Below, one piece after another: positions 7,592 through 13,728 of a DNA stretch of 13,728 nucleotides. The stretch lies in the IMG/VR virus record IMGVR_UViG_3300020541_000125, positions 1-13,728 of that record. One strand, written 5' to 3'. This DNA comes from a virus. The stretch's first letter is position 1, and every line of letters begins with the position of its first letter. The notes beneath the pieces were generated by a model. It was not told the DNA's origin. It worked only from the letters and a program-made list of their open reading frames with translations, and did not search any database. Both the position numbers and the translations under genes were made by a program.

Positions 7592-7870
7592 ATGTTATTA
7601 AATCCAGATATTTACAGAACAAGCATAGTTTCTAAAGTTATACCAGCAACCGATACGGAACTTACAAAGATTAAAACAAGCAACGGTTCTGGGCGTTCTA
7701 AAATCGTTTATTGTCAGTACGGTGAAGAATATCCCCAAAACCATGTTAATGCCTTAGTTAATCATGCCACTGAGTTAGGTTGGTTGAAAGATTTTGATTA
7801 TGCGATAGGCTCTATTCCCGATGGTTTTGTTTTGGTATTAGTTCCTAAGATTTTACCTTCTCAATCATAA
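7592..7870 (+). CDS. Hypothetical protein
   Basis: 92-aa ORF preceded by AAAGGAG. Confidence 0.65.
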   Translation: MLLNPDIYRTSIVSKVIPATDTELTKIKTSNGSGRSKIVYCQYGEEYPQNHVNALVNHATELGWLKDFDYAIGSIPDGFVLVLVPKILPSQS

Positions 7871-7877
7871 ATACAAA

Positions 7878-7903
7878 GTTAACGATTGTCTTGTTTCTTG
7901 ACT
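7878..7903 (+). repeat. Truncated, diverged copy of the array repeat upstream of thyX
   Basis: GTTAACGATTGTCTTGTTTCTTGACT matches the first 26 nt of the 7353/7494 copies with few changes. Confidence 0.8.
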
Positions 7904-7927
7904 GAAGATGCACAAAAGAGGAGACTA

Positions 7928-8647
7928 ATGGACAAATTCAAGGTTGAGGTTTTATCGAAAACAGCTAATCCCCAGACAATAATGTATCTGGCTCTCCATC
8001 AGGATTATAGTGAGGATTATATATATGAAAGCCTTGATAAAACCCCTTCTGAAATTAAGTGTGGGGAGATAGCCGTTAAACGATTACTAGAGGGAAATAG
8101 AGGACACTTTGGAGTGTTAGAGCACTGCTACATCGTTTTTAGTGTGGGATATTTCCCCCATAGTGTGATGCAACAGGCAACCCGGCATAGAATAGCTAGT
8201 TTCGATGTTCAATCTGGGCGCTACTCAGGGCAGAGGATTGTTGATGTAATCAACTTCAAGAGAAGTTTAGAAGATGTTTTTTACCTCCGTCCGGTGGGGA
8301 ATTACAGCGATCGCCAAGGCAAAAAATATTATTATTCACCTGAATTAAGAGAAATCCATTTACAACACTGTGTAGATGCTTGTGGTTTGTATAAACAAAA
8401 CATTGAGTCTGGGATGAGTGAAGAACACGCCAGGGGTTTAATCCCGTTCGATTTCAGACAGCATTTTGTTATGTCTTGTAACCTGCGTTCACTGTTACAT
8501 TTTCTCGATTTAAGATTCAAAAAAGATGCTCAATTAGAGATTCAAAAACTCTCTGAAATGATGTGGGCCCATACTCAAGAATGGGTTCCTGAGATTTCAG
8601 CTTGGTATGAAAAAAATAGATTAGGGAAAGCTCGGCTTGCTCCCTAA
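7928..8647 (+). CDS. thyX: Flavin-dependent thymidylate synthase ThyX
   Basis: ThyX signature QQATRHRIASFDVQSGRYSG, plus FGVLEHCYIVFSVGYFPHSVMQQ and NLRSLLHFLDLRFKKDAQLEIQKL. AGGAG just upstream of ATG 7928. The track start at 7886 would translate part of a repeat. Confidence 0.93.
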   Translation: MDKFKVEVLSKTANPQTIMYLALHQDYSEDYIYESLDKTPSEIKCGEIAVKRLLEGNRGHFGVLEHCYIVFSVGYFPHSVMQQATRHRIASFDVQSGRYSGQRIVDVINFKRSLEDVFYLRPVGNYSDRQGKKYYYSPELREIHLQHCVDACGLYKQNIESGMSEEHARGLIPFDFRQHFVMSCNLRSLLHFLDLRFKKDAQLEIQKLSEMMWAHTQEWVPEISAWYEKNRLGKARLAP

Positions 8648-8712
8648 TTTTGCTTTCTGGACAGGGAGTTAAATGCCTAGGTTTCGCGTGTTACAAGTAT
8701 AAGTTGCAAGTT

Positions 8713-9021
8713 ATGTATAAACAAGTTTCTTATGTTCTTGCCACCCCTCCTGTAGAGTTTGGAGAGGGAGTAGAGGAGGGGATTGGATGTCCTTCATACT
8801 ATTGTAAGATTTCTCCTACTCGGTACAACCCAGAAGCGGATCGTGAGGAAACGACACTGCACGTTTTACAAGAAGGAAAACCTCCGCGCTATTACTTGGT
8901 TTTCAAGGAGATTAACGATTCCCAGTGGTTATGGGGAAACGTTGAGATTATCCCTCGAAAAATACCAGAGAGGGTTGCAAAAGTTAAAGAAAAGAGAACA
9001 GCTAAAAGCAAAAAGAACTGA
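8713..9021 (+). CDS. Hypothetical protein
   Basis: In-frame ATG at 8713 (MYKQVSYVLATPPVEFGEG...) is more plausible than TTG 8650 used by the track. No recognised domain. Confidence 0.5.
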   Translation: MYKQVSYVLATPPVEFGEGVEEGIGCPSYYCKISPTRYNPEADREETTLHVLQEGKPPRYYLVFKEINDSQWLWGNVEIIPRKIPERVAKVKEKRTAKSKKN

Positions 9022-9026
9022 AAATT

Positions 9027-9058
9027 AACCTGCCGTTCCCTAACTAGGATGGCGGGTT
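9027..9058. terminator. Candidate bidirectional terminator between convergent genes
   Basis: AACCTGCC...GGCGGGTT (8-bp stem with one G-T pair) between the + ORF ending 9021 and the - strand SNF2 gene ending 9069. Confidence 0.45.
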
Positions 9059-9068
9059 TAATCTTTTC

Positions 9069-11309
9069 CTATAAAATCCGTAGTAATTGCTTGGCTAATT
9101 CCATCGGGGAGGATGCTTTGATAGTGTGGGTTTTGCCCTTTAAGACAATCTCAATTCGCTCTTGCTTCTCGCCAACCAACGAGTCAATCGCATCGTCAAC
9201 CGTCCCAAATTTCAGCCAGTGGCAGAAGACTGCATTTAATTGTCCGAGGCGATAACACCGATCCTCGGCTTGTTCACAGTCACCTGGAGTCCATGCCCGA
9301 TCCACTAGGATTACGTTTGATGCCGCGGTCAGTGTCAAACCTACCCCACCGGATTTAATTGTCCCGACAAACACCCGACTTCTCCCGACTTGGAACCGAT
9401 CTACCATATCCTGTCGGAGTAATGGATCTACTCCCCCAATAAGTAGCTCACCCCCAAGCGCCGCATTGATAGCCTTGGCACTCTCAATAAATTCGGTGAA
9501 AATCACCACCTGCTGCCCTTGTTCTAGCAGTTCTTGGGCGAGTGTGATGGCGTTGTCAGCCTTGTATCGGCTCCCCACTCCTCGCAGTATGTTCAGGGTA
9601 ACAAGGGCCTCGGCAGAAGGGTCAACCTCCCCTGCATCGGCACGGTCTTTGTAGTTTTGAACTAAGGCTTTAATCTCGGCATGGTATTCAGATGCACGAG
9701 TTTTCTCTAATTCCGCTTGCTTAAAGATTCGGGTCTTTGGTGGCAGTTCAGGGAGGCATTCTTTTTTAGTCCGCCGCAGGATAACGTCATGGGTTTTCTG
9801 GCTAAGTTCGTCCAAGAATGCGGCTCCGGTCACGTCCCAGACAGTCTTTCCGTAGGAGTTAATGACCTTCCGATGCCCGTTGCAGTATCGCTCCTGAAAT
9901 TTATGTTTGTTCTGCACGAGGGGATGTTCAACCGCCATCAAAAGGGGCATCAGGTTAATTGGTCGTCCGTTTTTCATTGGCGTTCCGGTCAGAAGCCATG
10001 CGGCGATGCAATTCTCGGCAAGGCATAAATTCAAGAATTTTTTTGTCCGCTTTGATGTGGGATCTTGAAAGCTATGTGCCTCGTCAAAGATTACCACAAA
10101 CCCCCCGCTTTCTAAGGGTGCAGGGATTTGACTAAAGTGATTAGAGAACAACTCTACCTCAACCTCTACCATTGTAGCTGCCCGTCGCCAACCCTCCATC
10201 AAAGATACAGGGCAAACCACAAACACAGGGCAGTTGTGAGTCCGTTGCAGGGCTTTTGCTGCCACTAGGGATTCTAAGGTTTTCCCTAGTCCCATATCGT
10301 CGGCTAGGATGCCTCCTTTATAAATCCCGCCCTCGCTGTGAGCCAGGAGCCACTCAACCCCTTTCTGTTGATAGTCTCGCAATATCCAACCATTTGAGAG
10401 AGGTTGGTCTATTTTTGCCTTCTCGACTAACCCCATAATTCGGGTTGCTTTTCCTAATGCTTCGGCATGGAGTTCCGCCTCGGCTTCGGCTTTCTTGATT
10501 TCAATTAAATGGATCATGGTCTGAATCTCGTCGTCATAGTAAAAGTCTGATTGGGGAAACACCTTAATTAAGTCCTCTAATACGCTGTGGGGATAACACC
10601 ATCCTTTGTTATTCAACTCGTTAAATTTATAGCCTCGGACGGTTTTAGCTTTCTGTTGGAATGCTCCCGTCCCGTCAAAGGGATGGAAAACACAGAGCCG
10701 ATGTCCGATAACCTCAATCCGTTTTGGTGGCTTTTCCTCTTGTGAGGGTTCGGGTGTAGCTTGATATTGGTGGGCGATCGCTTCCCACTCCGGTAGAACT
10801 AACCCGCTATTCTCTAACTGCCGGACATACTTTTGCAGCATCTTGAGTGTGGCTTTTGCCATATTTCCCGATAGATGCTTACCACTCCGCACTCGTTCCG
10901 CAATCCATTTCCCAAACTGGGAATCGCAGGTATTAAAACCGCACCCATCATGTTCCCTGGCTCCGTCGCATCGGTCAGCCAAAAAACAAACGGCTCGTTC
11001 CAGTCTGCGGTCAATCTTCCGTTCCCTGGCATCGGCGATCGCTTTTGTTAATATTTGCTCTAACGGCAGGAGTTCAGGCAGTTCCCGATCTTCGTGAACC
11101 ATCCAGTCCCGAACCGCCTCCATTGTCCAGGGAAAGGTTTGTGGCACGGATTCAACTCTTGCGAGTGGATCAATTCCATTGTCGAGAAGTTTACACAATT
11201 CGTAAGTTTTCCTATGGAAAACTTCAGGGAGCCTAATGACCTTTGTTGGGAGGTTGTTCCACTTCCCTTTGAAATAAAACTCTAGTTGCCTTGGTGTTGG
11301 ATTTGCCAT
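9069..11309 (-). CDS. SNF2-family DEAD/DEAH-box helicase/ATPase
   Basis: GGILADDMGLGKTLESL (Walker A), VVIFDEAHSFQDPTSKRTKK, WLLTGTPMKNGRPINLMPLL, VFVGTIKSGGVGLTLTAASNVILVDRAWTPGDCEQAEDRCYRLGQ. Confidence 0.95.
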   Translation of the reverse strand: MANPTPRQLEFYFKGKWNNLPTKVIRLPEVFHRKTYELCKLLDNGIDPLARVESVPQTFPWTMEAVRDWMVHEDRELPELLPLEQILTKAIADARERKIDRRLERAVCFLADRCDGAREHDGCGFNTCDSQFGKWIAERVRSGKHLSGNMAKATLKMLQKYVRQLENSGLVLPEWEAIAHQYQATPEPSQEEKPPKRIEVIGHRLCVFHPFDGTGAFQQKAKTVRGYKFNELNNKGWCYPHSVLEDLIKVFPQSDFYYDDEIQTMIHLIEIKKAEAEAELHAEALGKATRIMGLVEKAKIDQPLSNGWILRDYQQKGVEWLLAHSEGGIYKGGILADDMGLGKTLESLVAAKALQRTHNCPVFVVCPVSLMEGWRRAATMVEVEVELFSNHFSQIPAPLESGGFVVIFDEAHSFQDPTSKRTKKFLNLCLAENCIAAWLLTGTPMKNGRPINLMPLLMAVEHPLVQNKHKFQERYCNGHRKVINSYGKTVWDVTGAAFLDELSQKTHDVILRRTKKECLPELPPKTRIFKQAELEKTRASEYHAEIKALVQNYKDRADAGEVDPSAEALVTLNILRGVGSRYKADNAITLAQELLEQGQQVVIFTEFIESAKAINAALGGELLIGGVDPLLRQDMVDRFQVGRSRVFVGTIKSGGVGLTLTAASNVILVDRAWTPGDCEQAEDRCYRLGQLNAVFCHWLKFGTVDDAIDSLVGEKQERIEIVLKGKTHTIKASSPMELAKQLLRIL

Positions 11310-11430
11310 TGTTTTTGATATAAAAAAGATAGGACTCGCTGTTGCTGGTTTTGCGACTTCCTATCTTTAAACATAACTCACTTTCTTGGATTCGTCAAGC
11401 CATAATTGCTGTGTTACACGGTAATCTGGC

Positions 11431-11739
11431 TTAACTTTTGGACATTGAAAGGAAAGAAAGATTAGATTTGGCTTTTACCCGATGATCTTCTATGGCATCC
11501 GAGAGTGTTTTGCCAACCCCAATAATTTTCTGGGAGTGGTAATAAAAACACCCGCTTGTTTCGTATTCAACAATATGCTCATTCGGATCATCGTAGCCAA
11601 ACTTCGCAATATACAAGATCGTTATGGATTCCCATGCTGATTCCGTTAAGTTTGCGGCGTGAATCTCCACTTCTTCGTGGAAATGGGGAAACAGTTTCTT
11701 GATTTGTTCTTTGAATGATTTGAAAGTTAATAATTCCAT
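11431..11739 (-). CDS. Hypothetical protein
   Basis: 102-aa ORF; no recognised motif. Confidence 0.5.
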   Translation of the reverse strand: MELLTFKSFKEQIKKLFPHFHEEVEIHAANLTESAWESITILYIAKFGYDDPNEHIVEYETSGCFYYHSQKIIGVGKTLSDAIEDHRVKAKSNLSFLSMSKS

Positions 11740-11761
11740 TTGTTCCTTTGTGTTGATTAGA

Positions 11762-12109
11762 CTAAAATAAACTTAATTGACCTTCGTAAACTACTGCTTT
11801 GGATTTGCGAGTGCTTCCTGACTCACCTCGACTGGTTACATGATTTCGCCAATGGGGATAGTATTTAGCGGGCTCACCCAACTTGAGAAACTTCTCAATT
11901 AGTTTCAGTTCCTCAAGCCAGATTTTGTAAGGACTGCATTCTCTGATTCCGAAGGGGTAGCGGTCGTTTACCCACTTCCGTGCGTCTTTAGGGTTGATTT
12001 CTTCCCCTAAGCAAGCGCATTGTGCTTCATATTCAAGGAGGGCGTTTGATATTCGATTAATCGCATGATCACGCCATGATAGTGATTTCTGCATTTTAAC
12101 CGCCCCCAT
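11762..12109 (-). CDS. Hypothetical protein
   Basis: 115-aa ORF directly upstream of, and co-oriented with, the 102-aa ORF. Confidence 0.55.
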   Translation of the reverse strand: MGAVKMQKSLSWRDHAINRISNALLEYEAQCACLGEEINPKDARKWVNDRYPFGIRECSPYKIWLEELKLIEKFLKLGEPAKYYPHWRNHVTSRGESGSTRKSKAVVYEGQLSLF

Positions 12110-12343
12110 CTGAGCTAGGATAATTCAACCAATACCAGAAAGCAATGATCTGGTAATCACAGGGGCGAGTGCGACTGATAATGTTACGCCATAGCCGGAA
12201 ATTAACGGTGTAGTCGCGGAAGCCATTGCTCCGCCAATTAATCCAGTCTAAACAATTCATGTGTCCTTGCTTTTTACTCCTTGTTTCCTGCTTTAACTAT
12301 AACTCAAACACCAGGGAAAACTCAACCCCTATAAACAAAAAAG

Positions 12344-12367
12344 TGTCCCAAGATTTCTCCTGGGACA
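12344..12367. terminator. Hairpin, possible terminator
   Basis: TGTCCCA-N10-TGGGACA, perfect 7-bp stem, flanked on the left by ATAAACAAAAAAG. Confidence 0.3.
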
Positions 12368-12618
12368 ATAAATCGAAAAACAAAGAGTTAAGGAGCCAAG
12401 GACTGAACTAAACTGCGTGTGGTGCGAGAGCAGTTCTAGCCTAAGCCATATTCACTATAACACATAATCCCCAAAAGACCCCCCTACCCTCCCGACAAAG
12501 GTTAGCGTGTTACACGGTATTCGTTAGGGCAACACCTAAATGTATCAATAACATCTTTCTCTTAGCGATCCACAGGATAAGATAGGGTAAATTCACTATC
12601 TATTGAAAGGGATAAACC

Positions 12619-12834
12619 ATGCAAGCAAAGCAAGAACCCGGAGCATTGTCTTTAGAACAGCAATTTCAGTTAGCCTCAATCAAGGCCGAAGTCGATATGA
12701 AAATCCAATTCGCAATAGATTCAGGGAGAATACGGGAAGGGTTTGATGAGATGCGAGATTTTATCCTGCAAGTAACCCAAAATGATATGATACGGACAAA
12801 TTTATTAAGAGCAATGAAGCCGCATTGCTTTTAA
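12619..12834 (+). CDS. Small protein, possibly NblA-like
   Basis: 71 aa with LSLEQQFQLASIKAEV... and ...DEMRDFILQVTQNDMIRTNLLRAM, resembling the NblA-type LSLEQxFxL start and C-terminal helix by eye. Longer than typical NblA (about 60 aa). Confidence 0.45.
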   Translation: MQAKQEPGALSLEQQFQLASIKAEVDMKIQFAIDSGRIREGFDEMRDFILQVTQNDMIRTNLLRAMKPHCF

Positions 12835-12867
12835 TGCTGATGGTTGAACAGACAAATCCCATAAACA

Positions 12868-12897
12868 AAAAGAACCAGGTAATTATCTGGTTCTTTT
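12868..12897. terminator. Strong hairpin with A/T-rich flanks, likely terminator
   Basis: AAAAGAACCAG-N8-CTGGTTCTTTT, perfect 11-bp stem downstream of the 12619-12834 ORF. Confidence 0.65.
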
Positions 12898-12979
12898 ATG
12901 CGATTATGGTCAAGAATTTGGCTCTAATTGAGCCGTGTCTTCGGACAGGTAAATAACAGGTAAATAATTGTTTTGTTCA

Positions 12980-13381
12980 TTATTCCAGGTTTGCAATTAT
13001 GCTGATAAAATTACGGATAGTTTGCTCTGACTGGAGGATCACCCCACCGCCTCCAACTGTTATTGGATTCCCTTCGTCGTCTAAGTTGTAAACAAAAAGA
13101 ACCAGGTATCCGGCTAGGTGATGTTGACTAAGGTTTATTTCCCTGTTTTCCAATGTGTACCCTCCCGTTGGGTTTTTCTCAAACCCATTGGATTGTAAGC
13201 AATCAGAGGCAAAATCTTCCAGGCTTTTAGTTGTTGTGGTCATTTTTTTTCCTTGTTTCCGTTGTTTGTAAGTTACTCTAGTCTTGCGTTCAGGGGAAAG
13301 CTCCCTGTGCTTGTAGCAATACCCCGTCTTATTATGGCTCCGCAGAGGGTTTCCGCAATAGGCACACTGTTGCTTGTCCAT
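12980..13381 (-). CDS. Hypothetical protein with N-terminal zinc-ribbon-like Cys/His cluster
   Basis: MDKQQCAYCGNPLRSHNKTGYCYKHRELSPE: CxxC followed by C...H. Confidence 0.5.
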   Translation of the reverse strand: MDKQQCAYCGNPLRSHNKTGYCYKHRELSPERKTRVTYKQRKQGKKMTTTTKSLEDFASDCLQSNGFEKNPTGGYTLENREINLSQHHLAGYLVLFVYNLDDEGNPITVGGGGVILQSEQTIRNFISIIANLE

Positions 13382-13415
13382 TAAATTAATTGAACCGACG
13401 TTGGTGAGTATTTTA

Positions 13416-13449
13416 CCAAGCGGCTTATCTCAAAGAGCAAGCCGCTTGG
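13416..13449. terminator. Perfect inverted repeat, possible terminator for the minus-strand ORF
   Basis: CCAAGCGGCTT-N12-AAGCCGCTTGG, 11-bp perfect stem between two minus-strand ORFs; no clear U tract. Confidence 0.35.
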
Positions 13450-13457
13450 CTTTGGCT

Positions 13458-13728
13458 TTAGGATTCCCGTAAAACTTCAGGGCAACAATCCCATTTGCTA
13501 CCCCAGTCCGACAATTCTTGGTAAGTCTTATCTAACTCAGTTAGGACGGTTTGACACCAATCCGTATAATAGCCATAGCGGTTATCCTTCATGTCGAATA
13601 GAATGTCGAATAGAATGCCAACTTGACGATTATCTCCTATACCTACGACTTCCCAGTCAATAACGTCAATTCCGAAACAGTCAATAACGTCAATTTTGAA
13701 ACCTGCTACCGAGTAGTCGTCAATCCAA
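13458..13728 (-). CDS. Hypothetical protein, partial, open to the right window edge
   Basis: Minus-strand reading ...WIDDYSVAGFKIDVIDCFGIDVIDWEVVGIGDNRQVGILFDILFDMKDNRYGYYTDWCQTVLTELDKTYQELSDWGSKWDCCPEVLRES*, not in the ORF track. Confidence 0.45.
   Translation of the reverse strand, partial: WIDDYSVAGFKIDVIDCFGIDVIDWEVVGIGDNRQVGILFDILFDMKDNRYGYYTDWCQTVLTELDKTYQELSDWGSKWDCCPEVLRES

Noticed and set aside
9049-11285. Several plus-strand ORFs opposite the SNF2 gene
   Set aside because: They lie antisense to a strongly supported 746-aa helicase and have no recognisable domains or ribosome-binding context.
12125-12226. 33-aa minus-strand glycine-rich hydrophobic ORF (MASATTPLISGYGVTLSVALAPVITRSLLSGIG)
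   Set aside because: Very short, no convincing ribosome-binding site, and no supporting context; could be a decayed gene fragment.
12226-12411. 61-aa plus-strand ORF with lipoprotein-like start
   Set aside because: Overlaps the 12344-12367 hairpin, weak start context and no coding support; probably spurious.

Overview
AT-rich, cyanobacterial-looking accessory DNA, possibly phage, prophage or plasmid. Left to right it contains: the 3' end of an unknown ORF, a DnaB-type replicative helicase, a Myb/SANT-like putative DNA-binding protein, an unknown protein, a C5-cytosine DNA methyltransferase, another unknown ORF, an iscB gene with an omegaRNA-like region upstream, and a 14-repeat CRISPR-like array starting about 100 bp after iscB. 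After the array come at least three diverged repeat copies interleaved with tiny ORFs, then thyX, a SNF2-family helicase on the minus strand, and small unknown genes including a possible NblA-like protein. The most interesting signal is the iscB/array pair. The region upstream of iscB (4468-4484) is complementary to the array repeat: 14 consecutive pairs including 3 G-U wobbles with the consensus repeat, and 16/17 Watson-Crick pairs with the diverged repeat at 7353. It sits directly 5' of the structured omegaRNA scaffold and just after a promoter-like sequence. This is the layout expected of a tracrRNA, so the locus may be a cas-less, Cas9-like dual-RNA system built around IscB. No cas1, cas2 or other cas gene and no tnpA is visible in the window. 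All functional calls come from motif recognition by eye; no database search was run.
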